In this document: positions 1 to 10,066 of the stretch, one piece after another | How positions within the stretch are numbered: the stretch's first letter is position 1 | How the letters are laid out: the number at the start of each line of letters is the position of its first letter | DNA from: Bellilinea sp. | GTDB lineage: Bacteria; Chloroflexota; Anaerolineae; Anaerolineales; Anaerolineaceae | Length of the DNA stretch: 64,000 nt | Direction of reading: 5' to 3' | Assembly: GCA_026003615.1 (NCBI GenBank) | Contig: BPHQ01000002.1 | Location: 407,674-471,673 of the forward strand | Translations under genes and position numbers: made by a program | The notes under the pieces: generated by a model | The model's database searches: none | Told to the model about the DNA's origin: nothing | Seen by the model: the letters and a program-made list of their open reading frames with translations, nothing else

Positions 1-95
1 TGCCTCACACAGTGATCAATAGCGGCAAGGGCGAGGTGGTCGGCGCTGTACCGGAAAGCCATCTGGTACAGAAAATTCGCGAAGCACTCGCCTGA
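1..95 (+). CDS. 3' end of a probable thioredoxin-fold / protein-disulfide oxidoreductase (partial)
   Basis: Frame from base 3 reads PHTVINSGKGEVVGAVPESHLVQKIREALA*, resembling the cis-Pro loop and GAxPE end of thioredoxin-like proteins. Only 30 codons visible. Confidence 0.45.
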   Translation, partial: PHTVINSGKGEVVGAVPESHLVQKIREALA

Positions 96-113
96 AAACA
101 GGAGAACTTTCAA

Positions 114-530
114 ATGGAAGCCAAAGCCGTATGGAAAGGTGATTTAACATTTGTTGGCAGTGCCGATTCGGGCTTTTCACTGGTCATGGATTCCTTCAAA
201 GAGGTTGGCGGGAATGAATCCGGCTTTCGGCCAGTAGAATTAATCGCCATCGGAGTAGCCGGCTGTACCGGTATGGATGTCATTTCCATCTTGAAGAAAA
301 AACGGCAGGAAGTCACCGCCTTTGAGGTGTTGGTTCACGCAACCCGCGCTGCCGAACACCCCAAGAAAATTACTCACATGCTGATCGAATATGTGGTCAC
401 CGGCAAAAACATTGATCCGGCTGCAGTTGAGCGGGCAGTCCAATTATCGGAAGAAAAATACTGCCCTTCCATTGCCACTATTCGCAACAATGTAACCATC
501 GAGAATAAAATCGTCATCAAAGAAGCCTGA
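114..530 (+). CDS. OsmC/Ohr family protein (YhfA-like)
   Basis: 138 aa; GFRPVEL..GVAGCTGMDV and EKYCPS two-Cys motifs; SD AGGAG upstream. Confidence 0.9.
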   Translation: MEAKAVWKGDLTFVGSADSGFSLVMDSFKEVGGNESGFRPVELIAIGVAGCTGMDVISILKKKRQEVTAFEVLVHATRAAEHPKKITHMLIEYVVTGKNIDPAAVERAVQLSEEKYCPSIATIRNNVTIENKIVIKEA

Positions 531-552
531 ACGGCTGATTAGATTTTCCCTT

Positions 553-580
553 ACGCCCGCTGCTGTACAGCAGCGGGCGT
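553..580. terminator. Hairpin between convergent genes, probable terminator
   Basis: Perfect 28-bp palindrome ACGCCCGCTGCTGTACAGCAGCGGGCGT followed by TT. Confidence 0.7.
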
Positions 581-587
581 TTGGCTT

Positions 588-2063
588 TCAAGGTTGAGAC
601 TGCACCTGACTGGAACGATCGGAACACTCGCATGCCCGCACAGTCCGCCCAGCACGATTCAATGTACCTTGATAGGGCTGCTCTCCATTCGCTGCAACCC
701 ACCCTTCTAAATTGAATGCCAGTGCACCTCCAGCAGGGATCCACTCACCGTTGAACTTTCTGGCAATGTGAACGTGGGTGCCCGTCGCTTTACCTCCCTC
801 GCAGGACGGCAAGCCGATAGGCTCACCCCTGCTCAGTTTTTTGCCTACTGGTGGCAGGGAATCATTGGCCAGATGAAGATAGAAAATTGTCCAGCCAGTT
901 CGCTCATCGCCATCTCCGTCCAGGTCCAGCACCACCAGCGCATCACCACGCCGGGCAATCACCCCGTCGGCCACCGCAACGGCTGGTTGCTCGCTGGGCA
1001 GACAGGCTCCCACCACGCTGGGCGGGGCAAAATCGAGAGCGGCCAGCGGCTCACCTTCTCCCCAACCGGTATGCGGTCCGCCCGTAAATGCCCACACCTT
1101 TCCGGCTGGAAACGGAAAACTCAATTCGGGCTGAAGCAAGCTGCCAGGAATGTGCGGTTCGACACCTATCCATGGGTCACCAAATAGACTGGCATAAACC
1201 CGCAGCAATCCCTCTCCACTGACAGCATAGTCATAGGCTTCTTGAGGCATTATTTGGGCAAAGTAGTAATGCAATGCCACACTGGCAGCATTTTGCCACG
1301 GGTCGGGATTTTCCAAACGGCCATCTTTGTGACGAATTGTATCCAGCCGCCCGGTTCGCCAACCGTAGTAACCGTTATTCAAGGTGTTCGCAGCCCACAA
1401 CAGCTGCCGTGCCAACCCTTTACTGAACTGATTCACATACCCAAGCGGATAACTCTCAATATCTACAGCCGGTTGAGACTGGCTTAGGGCACCGGTTTGA
1501 TATTCAATTATCGCCAGCAGCAATCGCGGACTGATGCTGTATTCGGTTGCAATGTACTGGATAATTTCCCCCCCACGCCGGTCTTGCCCACCCAGATAGA
1601 AGGAATAGTCCTTAAGCCAGCCGGGCTGCTGGTTGACAAATGAAATGGCATCAAAACCAATTTGAGCCGGCCCGTTAATAAACAACGCATCGGGCAGAAT
1701 CTGGAAAGGGCTACCCCATAACGGACGATAATAAATGGGAATTTTCATCGGCATACCCGGTGGCATGGTCGTGGCATCCGGCGGAATAAATGGGTTGGTT
1801 TCTAAAATTTCTCGCACGGTTGTGTTGAAATGAGCAGCCAGCGCGGGGAGCGTATCCCCCGTCTGGGCAGTATAATCCACCAGCGTGCCGGGAGCGTACG
1901 GTTCGCGGGTTGGCAAAGGAGTTGGCAATCCCTCCTCCCCCGGTGTAGCAGGAAGCGCGGGGGAAGAAAAATCATCCCCAAAATCATTGACATCAACCTG
2001 CGGAAGACAGGCTGAAATCATCAAAACCATTACCACTAAAAGTAAATTATTTCGTCTCACCAC
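588..2063 (-). CDS. LysM domain + M23-family metallopeptidase lipoprotein (paralogue 1)
   Basis: Lipobox ISAC; LysM (YTAQTGDTL..LA..F); M23-like motifs GGPH..ALDF, AVADG, FYLHL, GTHVH. Confidence 0.85.
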   Translation of the reverse strand: MVRRNNLLLVVMVLMISACLPQVDVNDFGDDFSSPALPATPGEEGLPTPLPTREPYAPGTLVDYTAQTGDTLPALAAHFNTTVREILETNPFIPPDATTMPPGMPMKIPIYYRPLWGSPFQILPDALFINGPAQIGFDAISFVNQQPGWLKDYSFYLGGQDRRGGEIIQYIATEYSISPRLLLAIIEYQTGALSQSQPAVDIESYPLGYVNQFSKGLARQLLWAANTLNNGYYGWRTGRLDTIRHKDGRLENPDPWQNAASVALHYYFAQIMPQEAYDYAVSGEGLLRVYASLFGDPWIGVEPHIPGSLLQPELSFPFPAGKVWAFTGGPHTGWGEGEPLAALDFAPPSVVGACLPSEQPAVAVADGVIARRGDALVVLDLDGDGDERTGWTIFYLHLANDSLPPVGKKLSRGEPIGLPSCEGGKATGTHVHIARKFNGEWIPAGGALAFNLEGWVAANGEQPYQGTLNRAGRTVRACECSDRSSQVQSQP

Positions 2064-2069
2064 AAAGAC

Positions 2070-3716
2070 TCAATTTCCACTACTCAAGCGGCTAATGCGC
2101 GTTTCAAACGAGCCGCAGGTGCAGGCATGAACCACCTTTCCATCTTTTACCAGACTACCCTCGTATGGGTTTTTACCGGCTATTGCCCGCCAGCCATCCA
2201 AAACAAAAGGTAATGGGCCGTCTGCCAGCACCCATTCCCCATTGTACTTGCGCGCAATGTGAACGTGAGTACCGGTTGAAGTGCCACCTTCGCAAGAGGG
2301 ATGTCCGATGATATCTCCCTGTTGTACCCACGTTCCCACACTTACCCGGTTTTTACTGGCAACATGCAAATATAAAATTGCCCAGCCAGTTTGTTCGTAT
2401 CCATCCCCATCTAAATCCAACACAACCACACCCGTATCGGTGCGCACCACCAGACCACTGGCAACAGCCGTTGCCCAATCCTCAGAAATATTACAACCGG
2501 TTTCTAAACTGGCAGGAGCAAAATCCAATGCGGCTCGGGCACCGTCCGGGCCCCATGCTGAATGGGGTCCGCCGGTAAAACTCCACACATGCCCCGGTAG
2601 AAATGGCAGGATTAAGTCCGGTTGTGTCAAATTAACCGGCAGCAAAGGCTCAACCGCCTGCGCCCGCATCCATGGGTTACCATGCATTTTCTCATACAGT
2701 TTTACAAAACTGTCTTCACCTCCCAAAACTCCATTCCAGAGGATTTGGGGATACAACCGGGAAAAGAGATATTGTAAAGCCACCGATCCAGCATTCAAAC
2801 TTGGCGCCAGACGCACCCGGCTGCCATCCGAAAATGACACTTCGGTTAATATTCCGTTGCGCCAGCCGTAATATCCGATAGAAAGCTGCTGAACCGCCCA
2901 ACTGAGTTGTTTATAAAGACCTTTCTTTTCAGAGTTAATCATACCCAATGGATAATCCATTTCAGCCAGATTAGTAGGCTGACCATAAACCCAATGCGCC
3001 TGATATTCCAACAAAGCCAAAAGCAACCGTGGATTGATGGAATTTTCAATCGCCACCTTATAAATGACCTCGCCACCGCTCTTCCAGCCATCCGCAAGGT
3101 ACTCACGATAAGTACTGAGGTAGCCCCCCGCTTGCTGGATGGTTGCATTCAAGTCGAAATCCAAGGCGGATGGTGAAAAAACAATTTCGCTATCGGGCAA
3201 CAGCAACTCGGACGGCCCGGTTTGATCCAGGCGATTGGGAATGATCAGCAGTTTACCCGCATTAATCAGCCCAGTCTCCGGTACAGGTTCGGGATAAGAA
3301 ATTTCTTCCGGCAACACTCCAAATCGAACCGCCACTGCTGGCAAAGTGTCTCCCGCCTGGGTGTAGTATAAAATCGGTGGTAGAGGTGTGCTGCGGGTTG
3401 GCAAGGGAGTAAAGATTGGCTGAGAGGGAGTGAACCGACTTTCGTTGAGAGTGCTTACTGCTACTTGTTCAGCCATGCCATCTCCATCTGGGGGTGTAGA
3501 TGGCAAAGCGGTTGTTTCAAATTCGCCAGAGCCGCTTCCCGCCCCACCAGCCGGGAACAATGCCGTGGCGGTTAAGTCATAATCCGAAACATATCCCTGC
3601 GAACAGGCAAGGACAGAAAACAGCCAGACTCCCAGCGCCAGCCCGATTTGAAAGCGCCTATCGGGAAATTTGATTTTCAGGAAGCAAGCGATCCCACGCT
3701 TCAACAACGACTCCAT
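2070..3716 (-). CDS. LysM domain + M23-family metallopeptidase lipoprotein (paralogue 2); start uncertain
   Basis: Lipobox VLAC; YYTQAGDTL LysM; GGPH..ALDF, LYLHV, GTHVH. Confidence 0.85.
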   Translation of the reverse strand: MESLLKRGIACFLKIKFPDRRFQIGLALGVWLFSVLACSQGYVSDYDLTATALFPAGGAGSGSGEFETTALPSTPPDGDGMAEQVAVSTLNESRFTPSQPIFTPLPTRSTPLPPILYYTQAGDTLPAVAVRFGVLPEEISYPEPVPETGLINAGKLLIIPNRLDQTGPSELLLPDSEIVFSPSALDFDLNATIQQAGGYLSTYREYLADGWKSGGEVIYKVAIENSINPRLLLALLEYQAHWVYGQPTNLAEMDYPLGMINSEKKGLYKQLSWAVQQLSIGYYGWRNGILTEVSFSDGSRVRLAPSLNAGSVALQYLFSRLYPQILWNGVLGGEDSFVKLYEKMHGNPWMRAQAVEPLLPVNLTQPDLILPFLPGHVWSFTGGPHSAWGPDGARAALDFAPASLETGCNISEDWATAVASGLVVRTDTGVVVLDLDGDGYEQTGWAILYLHVASKNRVSVGTWVQQGDIIGHPSCEGGTSTGTHVHIARKYNGEWVLADGPLPFVLDGWRAIAGKNPYEGSLVKDGKVVHACTCGSFETRISRLSSGN

Positions 3717-5208
3717 TTCGAACCAACATTCCATTATATTCTACACCATCCCCTACCGAAACCCAGCCATCCAGCACGAACGGGATCGTACCATCCGCCG
3801 GGATCCATTCCCCGTTAAATTTTCGAGCAATATGAATATGCGTACCATTGGAAACACCCCCCTCACAAGATGGGTGTCCAACCCGATCGCCTGCTCTCAG
3901 GCGCATTCCAACACTCGCCCTGTCTGCGCTGGCCAGGTGAAGGTATAAAACGGTCCAACCGGTCTGCTCATAACCATCCTCATCCAAATCCAAAACAACT
4001 ACTCCCGTCTCCGAACGCACCACCAATCCATCTGCCACAGCAGTTACCCATTGATTGCTGATTCCACACCCCCATCCGCTATCCGGTGGGGCAAAATCAA
4101 GTGCTGCCCAGGCTGAACCATCGCCCCACCCGCCATGAGGCCCACCGGTAAATGACCAAACCACCCCTTCCTCAAAAGGTAATTGCATTTTCGGTTGTTG
4201 CAAATTGGGGGGAAAAAGCGGCTCAATCCCAAAATCAAACGGATAACCAAAAAAACGGTTATATACCGCAAATACGCCCTCCGGACCCACTGCTGTATCC
4301 CATTCACTGCGGGAATACAATAACCCCATCAGATGTTGAATCCCTGCCGTGGCAGCGTTGATGGTTGGATCGGCAGGTACAAGCCCGCCATCGGCCATTT
4401 GCCAGTGAGAGATGCCATTCACCTTCCAGAGATAGTAACCGCGGTTGAGTTGATTTGCAGCCCATGAAAGCTGGCGGTAGAGCCCACGCCGGTTAGGATC
4501 GTAAAATCGCATAGGGAAATCCATTGTGTTTTCCGGTGGCTGTGCCTGGGAAACCCAACCGGATTGGTATTCCAAAACTGTCAACAGCAGACGCGGGTTA
4601 ACAGAGTATTCGCGAGCTACCTGAATCACCACCTCTGCACCGGTATACGGCTGGTCATCCAGGGTTTCCCGGTAGGAGAAAAGGTAACCTCCCTGCTGAC
4701 GAACAAATGCGAACACATCAAAAGGAATAGCCGCCGGGCTGAATACCAGTTCCGAATCAGGAATAACTTTGAAAGAAGTACCTGCAGGCTGCGGAGAAGG
4801 AGCCGGAATGATCACCTTCAAGCCGGCTGGTACCAGGTTTGGATTGGCAATTTGATTGGCTTCAACCAGAGTCTGAATATCCACATTAAACATCTGGGCT
4901 ACTTTTCCAATGGTATCGCCCGGTTGAAGGATGTATTCCTCTTGTTCCGAGCGGAGCGTTGGCAATACTCTCGGAGGATCTGGAGTTGGGGTGAAAATGG
5001 GAGCGCCGGGAACTCGGGTTGGTGGTAGCGTGAAAGAGAATGAAGACGTTGGCGAACTCTTCAGGGTATCCGTCGAAGAAGACAGAGAAGTGCCACCATC
5101 AACCGGTCTCCAAAAATCCGATTGAGGTGCTGGTTGTACGCATCTCAGCAGGAAAACTGCCAAAATTCCCACAAGAATCCGCCATTTTCTTTGTTGCTTT
5201 TCGCTCAT
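3658..5208 (-). CDS. LysM domain + M23-family metallopeptidase (paralogue 3)
   Basis: Start at MSEKQQ after GAGAGGGG; YILQPGDTI LysM; GGPH..ALDF, LYLHL, GTHIH. Confidence 0.85.
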   Translation of the reverse strand: MSEKQQRKWRILVGILAVFLLRCVQPAPQSDFWRPVDGGTSLSSSTDTLKSSPTSSFSFTLPPTRVPGAPIFTPTPDPPRVLPTLRSEQEEYILQPGDTIGKVAQMFNVDIQTLVEANQIANPNLVPAGLKVIIPAPSPQPAGTSFKVIPDSELVFSPAAIPFDVFAFVRQQGGYLFSYRETLDDQPYTGAEVVIQVAREYSVNPRLLLTVLEYQSGWVSQAQPPENTMDFPMRFYDPNRRGLYRQLSWAANQLNRGYYLWKVNGISHWQMADGGLVPADPTINAATAGIQHLMGLLYSRSEWDTAVGPEGVFAVYNRFFGYPFDFGIEPLFPPNLQQPKMQLPFEEGVVWSFTGGPHGGWGDGSAWAALDFAPPDSGWGCGISNQWVTAVADGLVVRSETGVVVLDLDEDGYEQTGWTVLYLHLASADRASVGMRLRAGDRVGHPSCEGGVSNGTHIHIARKFNGEWIPADGTIPFVLDGWVSVGDGVEYNGMLVRNGVVVEAWDRLLPENQISR

Positions 5209-5221
5209 CACGCCCCTCTCT

Positions 5222-5566
5222 CTATTCAAATCGAAACGGCATTCTTCTACCACCGATTAAGTGCAGATGAAGATGGAACACCGATTGCCCAGCCTCCGGG
5301 CCGGTGTTGATCACCAGTCGGTAACCGCGCCGTTCCAGTCCATTGGCTATCGCCAGTTGCCTGGCAACCACAATCAGATGACCTAACAATTCTGCATCGT
5401 TCTCTTCCACTTCATTAACCGATTCAAGGTGCCGGTTTGGTACGATCAGAATATGCACCGGTGTAATCGGATGAATATCATAGAACGCCGTAACCCGTTC
5501 ATCAGCATACAGAATTGTGGCAGGTGCTTCACCAGCGATAATTCGACAAAAGATACAATCGCTCAT
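5222..5566 (-). CDS. Histidine triad (HIT) nucleotide-binding protein
   Basis: MSDCIFC start overlapping the upstream stop (ATGA); AGQSVFHLHLHLIGG motif. Confidence 0.93.
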   Translation of the reverse strand: MSDCIFCRIIAGEAPATILYADERVTAFYDIHPITPVHILIVPNRHLESVNEVEENDAELLGHLIVVARQLAIANGLERRGYRLVINTGPEAGQSVFHLHLHLIGGRRMPFRFE

Positions 5567-6741
5567 GGCTGATGGGTTGATTGGGTTGGTAAAGAAAGAG
5601 GAGGGTAAGAACCATGGCAATACCGCTGATACCACTCCAGTTCAGCCTGTTGATTTTGCCGCGCGTATTCGGCTGCCTGTTGACCCAATTCTACTGCCTG
5701 ATCCAAATTCATGTAGGCCGCCGTACTCCAGTAACGGGGTAAGAGCAACAACGGATCACTGGCTGACCGTTCCGGTTCTCCCTGCGGTATCCAGTTGAAT
5801 AAAATTGGCCCTCGCGCATAGGCAGTAAAGCCAAGTTGATAACCGGCCTTGCGCACTTCAACCACCGTTTCAGGGGTAAAGTTTCCCCCCGGCCAGATAA
5901 AGGCAATCGGACGAATGCCCAAATTTTCCTCAAACACTTCAATCGGCCCATAAATTTCCTTGTGGATAACCTCATCGGGAGTATTCTCCGTGAAGTAGGT
6001 TGACCCATTATGGAGAAACCCATGGGCTTGAATCTCGACCCGGCCGCTATCCAATACGGTCTTAATTTCCTGCCATTCTCTGTGATCAGCCACACCGGTG
6101 ATATATGCCATGACCATCGTCCAATTATTTTGTTGCAAAATCGGTAAAAAATGGTTGCGCACGGTTCCCAGCCGCCGGTCGTCTATAATCAAAAGCAAGG
6201 AACGGGGCGGTATGTAGGCATTGCGTTGCAAGAATGCAGCCAATTGGTCTATTGTGATTGTTTGAAATCCCAAATCAACCGCGTGCTGCATCGTTTCTTT
6301 GAAGTACTTTTCAGAAACGGTGATGTTGTCATTAATGATTCCGCCTTCTTTACGAATCCCGTGATACATAATTGGCACCACAATCGTTCCCGGCTGAGCA
6401 TTTTCCGGGTTCCACCGGTCAGCCAGATATTGACAGCTATCCTGCAAATAAGAAACCGGAACTATGTCTTGATTCAGGCGGGGCGAAAATACCCCCAATG
6501 GCACCGGTGTCTCGGTGGAAACTGGAATGGGGGTAGGTAGTTTGGTTGGGGAATATTCTGTTGAAAATGCGATGGGGACATACCGCGTAGGTGTGGTTAT
6601 TGCCTCCGTTTGATGGGGCAGCGAAGGAGTTAACCAAACATCTGGCGGCGGCTCAGCAACGCCAGCGCACGCCGCCAGATGAATCAGGATCACCCAGCAC
6701 AGACCCAAAAGGGCAAAGAGATGTTTACTCAGCCTCACCAC
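5563..6741 (-). CDS. Polysaccharide deacetylase (NodB/CE4) family lipoprotein
   Basis: Lipobox LAAC; [18 protein letters not shown] and FIWPGG motifs. Confidence 0.8.
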   Translation of the reverse strand: MVRLSKHLFALLGLCWVILIHLAACAGVAEPPPDVWLTPSLPHQTEAITTPTRYVPIAFSTEYSPTKLPTPIPVSTETPVPLGVFSPRLNQDIVPVSYLQDSCQYLADRWNPENAQPGTIVVPIMYHGIRKEGGIINDNITVSEKYFKETMQHAVDLGFQTITIDQLAAFLQRNAYIPPRSLLLIIDDRRLGTVRNHFLPILQQNNWTMVMAYITGVADHREWQEIKTVLDSGRVEIQAHGFLHNGSTYFTENTPDEVIHKEIYGPIEVFEENLGIRPIAFIWPGGNFTPETVVEVRKAGYQLGFTAYARGPILFNWIPQGEPERSASDPLLLLPRYWSTAAYMNLDQAVELGQQAAEYARQNQQAELEWYQRYCHGSYPPLSLPTQSTHQP

Positions 6742-7810
6742 GAATAAATGCTTCGGTCATCTCCAACGCTACCGAATCGCGGAATTGCTTGGGCGGGGTC
6801 TTCATGAAATAAGAAGATGGGGCATACAATGGACCGCCAATACCACGGTCGAGCGCCAGTTTCACACATCGAATGGCATCAATTACCACACCCGCCGAAT
6901 TGGGTGAGTCCCACACCTCTAATTTTGCTTCCAGATTTAAGGGCACCTCACCAAATGTGGTACCTTCCATGCGAATATAGCACCACTTACGATCGGTCAA
7001 CCAGGGCACATAATCGCTCGGCCCGACATGGATATTATCCTCAGGCAGGGTATAGGGTAACATCGAAGTGACCGCCCCGGTCTTTGAAATCTTTTTGGAC
7101 TCCAGGCGTTCCCGTTCCAGCATGTTGAGAAAATCGGTGTTACCGCCAAAGTTCAACTGATAGGTGCGGTCAAGTCTCACCCCGCGGTCAACAAACAGGC
7201 TGGTGAGAACACGATGTAAAATGGTTGCCCCGACCTGACTTTTGATATCATCCCCAATGATGGGCAGTTTCTTCTGACGAAAACGCTCTGCCCAGTATTC
7301 TGAACTGGCAATGAATACAGGAATTGCGTTCACAAAACCACAACCGGCTTCTAAAACCTGTTCGACATACCATTTCGTGGCCATTTCAGAGCCAACCGGC
7401 AGGTAACTCACCACCACATCCGTTTTGGTTTCGCGCAAAATTCCCACAATATCTGCCGTCGGACCAGGGGCTTTCTTGACAATCTGGCTCAGGTATTTGC
7501 CCAACCCATCGTGGGTCATTCCGCGGTAGACCGGCACATTGAGAAAAGGCACATCCGTGAATTTGTAGGTGTTATTGGGATAGGCAAAGATGGCTTCAGA
7601 AAGGTCTTTTCCTACTTTTGTATCCACCACATCAAAAGCGGCTGTGAATTCAATATCGCGAATGTGGTAGCCACCGAGGTTGACGTGCATCAATCCCGGA
7701 ATACGATCCGTTTCGGAGGCATTTCGATAGTAATGCACTCCCTGAACCAGTGAAGAAGCACAATTTCCCACCCCAACAATTGCTACGCGAACTTTTTTAT
7801 CCTTTGCCAT
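6725..7810 (-). CDS. ino1: myo-inositol-1-phosphate synthase
   Basis: [48 protein letters not shown]; start MAKDKK after AGGAG. Confidence 0.95.
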   Translation of the reverse strand: MAKDKKVRVAIVGVGNCASSLVQGVHYYRNASETDRIPGLMHVNLGGYHIRDIEFTAAFDVVDTKVGKDLSEAIFAYPNNTYKFTDVPFLNVPVYRGMTHDGLGKYLSQIVKKAPGPTADIVGILRETKTDVVVSYLPVGSEMATKWYVEQVLEAGCGFVNAIPVFIASSEYWAERFRQKKLPIIGDDIKSQVGATILHRVLTSLFVDRGVRLDRTYQLNFGGNTDFLNMLERERLESKKISKTGAVTSMLPYTLPEDNIHVGPSDYVPWLTDRKWCYIRMEGTTFGEVPLNLEAKLEVWDSPNSAGVVIDAIRCVKLALDRGIGGPLYAPSSYFMKTPPKQFRDSVALEMTEAFIRGEAE

Positions 7811-8129
7811 ATTTCTTGTTGTGAACTCCTTTGGAGAATGATTGGTGTTGGACGAATTTCTTAGTTTTACAATCAAAAACTGCAATTACATTACTCACCC
7901 ATTTGCCTGACAATTCTGGGGGTAACCTCCCACCTATTATACTTTTATTTTCGTTTTGTTGAACGTCTGTCGAGCCACCTGCACAAATTTCAATCACCTT
8001 TCAGATTTGTATAATGTTGGTATTACTGATAAAAGTTAGCCTCTTTGAAAGGGAATCAGATATAATCAAGTTAAACCTCTCAACCCATATCAATGATTCT
8101 TCGAAGGAAAGTGGAAACGAACGATCCCT

Positions 8130-9440
8130 ATGACAAATTACCTGATGTCCGATGATTCTTTTATGGTTTCATCGGTTTATAAACCGAAACTGAATTATCG
8201 GATATTTCTCTTCATTCGGGATCAACAAGAAGCACAAGAACTCACCGATCAAATTGGCGCTTTTGGTTACCATGTCAATCCATTCGCCAAGTCAGACGAT
8301 TTGATTTCTGCTTTACGCTGGTCATTGCCCAATGCAATTCTCGTATTTGTGGATTCAAAAACACTCTCCTTTGAAGATTACGAAGAGTTGGCGCAAAAAC
8401 TCAAAAAACAATCCAATCCCCTGCCGCTGTTGATCATCAGTACGGAGGATAATTTTGATTTACGGCTGAGGGTTGTACGCGCTGGTGGGTCGGCTTTTTT
8501 CACTCACCCAATTGACATCAGCACCCTGATTGGTTCACTGGACGAATTTGCCAATCCAACGCCCAGTGTTCCCAATCGGATTTTGATCATTGACGATGTT
8601 CTTTCGCAGGCAAGTTTTTACGCCATGCATTTGGAAAAGGTTGGCATGCAAACCCGCATTGTAACCGACCCGCGTCAGATGATTCAACCCATGCTTGAGT
8701 TCAACCCCGATTTGATTCTTCTGGATATGTATTTGCCGGATTGCAATGGAATTGAGCTGGCGCGGATGATCCGCCAGATGGAAAATTTCGTCTCGGTGCC
8801 AATTGTTTTCCTCTCTGCCGAAACGGACCGCGAACGCCAGTTGGCTGCTCTAATGATGGGTGCCGATGATTTTCTGATCAAACCGGTTAAACCCGAACAT
8901 CTGATTGCCTCGATTACCTCCCGCATCGAGCGCTACCGCAAACTTCGCTCTTTGATGATATACGACGGCTTGACCAATCTGCTCAATCACACCACGATCA
9001 AAGAACGGCTTGTCAAAGAATTACTCCGTTCTGAACGAGATAAACAACCTCTGTCTTTTGCCATGATTGATCTCGATCATTTTAAGAACGTCAATGACCG
9101 CTACGGTCATTCTGCTGGTGACCGGGTGCTTAAGAGTCTGGCTCGCTTGCTCAAACAACGCTTAAGGCGCACTGACTTAATCGGCCGCTATGGGGGTGAA
9201 GAGTTCTCCATCATCTTTCCAAACACCACCGCTGCCGAAGCCGCATCAGTTGTAGAAAAACTGCGGGAAAGTTTCGCCCGATTACATCATCTCGGCCCTG
9301 ACGGGGTATTCACCGTTACCTTCAGCGCAGGGATTGCTTCTTTCCCGCAGTTCAAAACCGCAATTGCCATAAGCAATGCCGCCGATAAAGCGCTCTATCA
9401 GGCTAAGGAAAAAGGACGCAACCGTATCAGTGTAATATGA
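8130..9440 (+). CDS. PleD-like response regulator / diguanylate cyclase (REC-REC-GGDEF)
   Basis: Second receiver with LLDMYLP; DLDHFK..NDRYGH; RRTD I-site preceding GGEEF. Confidence 0.92.
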   Translation: MTNYLMSDDSFMVSSVYKPKLNYRIFLFIRDQQEAQELTDQIGAFGYHVNPFAKSDDLISALRWSLPNAILVFVDSKTLSFEDYEELAQKLKKQSNPLPLLIISTEDNFDLRLRVVRAGGSAFFTHPIDISTLIGSLDEFANPTPSVPNRILIIDDVLSQASFYAMHLEKVGMQTRIVTDPRQMIQPMLEFNPDLILLDMYLPDCNGIELARMIRQMENFVSVPIVFLSAETDRERQLAALMMGADDFLIKPVKPEHLIASITSRIERYRKLRSLMIYDGLTNLLNHTTIKERLVKELLRSERDKQPLSFAMIDLDHFKNVNDRYGHSAGDRVLKSLARLLKQRLRRTDLIGRYGGEEFSIIFPNTTAAEAASVVEKLRESFARLHHLGPDGVFTVTFSAGIASFPQFKTAIAISNAADKALYQAKEKGRNRISVI

Positions 9441-9451
9441 GAGGATGTGCC

Positions 9452-9958
9452 TCAGCGGCGAACGTTGACTTCTACTAAGATTTTCAACGCATCCGCTTCA
9501 ACCGCAATGGATTTGATGACCGCGCCTTCACCAGCCTCGTTTACCTGATCGCGAATCACTTTGGAGAGCGCCTCGTTGACCTTTTTGATGGCATCGCTGG
9601 CAAGATCAATACCAGGAATGTTGATAGCGGTCACTTCCACTTTGGGTTGGTCATTTTCAACAGAAAATTTTAATTCAACCTGCCCGTTCAGCCGCTGACC
9701 TCCCAGTACCTGATACTGTCCCTTTGCAATGATCCGATCAGGTTCAATGAATTCAATATCTTCGACCTCAATGAGCGGCAGTTTTTCCCCCTGCGAAGCG
9801 GCTGCCGATTGAGCGGCCGTGATAATTTGTTTGATGGTATCTTCTTTCAAAGTAATCGGGATGGATAACTTGCCCTCCCGAAAACTCAGGTTGCATGCAA
9901 TGGAAGCCAGCAACAAGGCCATGCTGCCAATTAAAATACTCCACGTTTTTCGATACAT
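9452..9958 (-). CDS. Hypothetical lipoprotein
   Basis: MYRKTW start after AGGAG; lipobox SIAC. Confidence 0.7.
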   Translation of the reverse strand: MYRKTWSILIGSMALLLASIACNLSFREGKLSIPITLKEDTIKQIITAAQSAAASQGEKLPLIEVEDIEFIEPDRIIAKGQYQVLGGQRLNGQVELKFSVENDQPKVEVTAINIPGIDLASDAIKKVNEALSKVIRDQVNEAGEGAVIKSIAVEADALKILVEVNVRR

Positions 9959-10010
9959 CGTCTGACTCCTTTTGTAAAACTCAAAATACACCAACCCGAT
10001 TCTACCAATA

Positions 10011-10040
10011 AAAATGGGGCTGAAACCCATCCAGCCCCAT
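10011..10040 (-). terminator. Intrinsic terminator downstream of the protease gene
   Basis: ATGGGGCTG/CAGCCCCAT stem with a U-run on the minus strand. Confidence 0.6.
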
Positions 10041-10066
10041 ATAGCTTAAGAAATTCAAGCCGGTTT

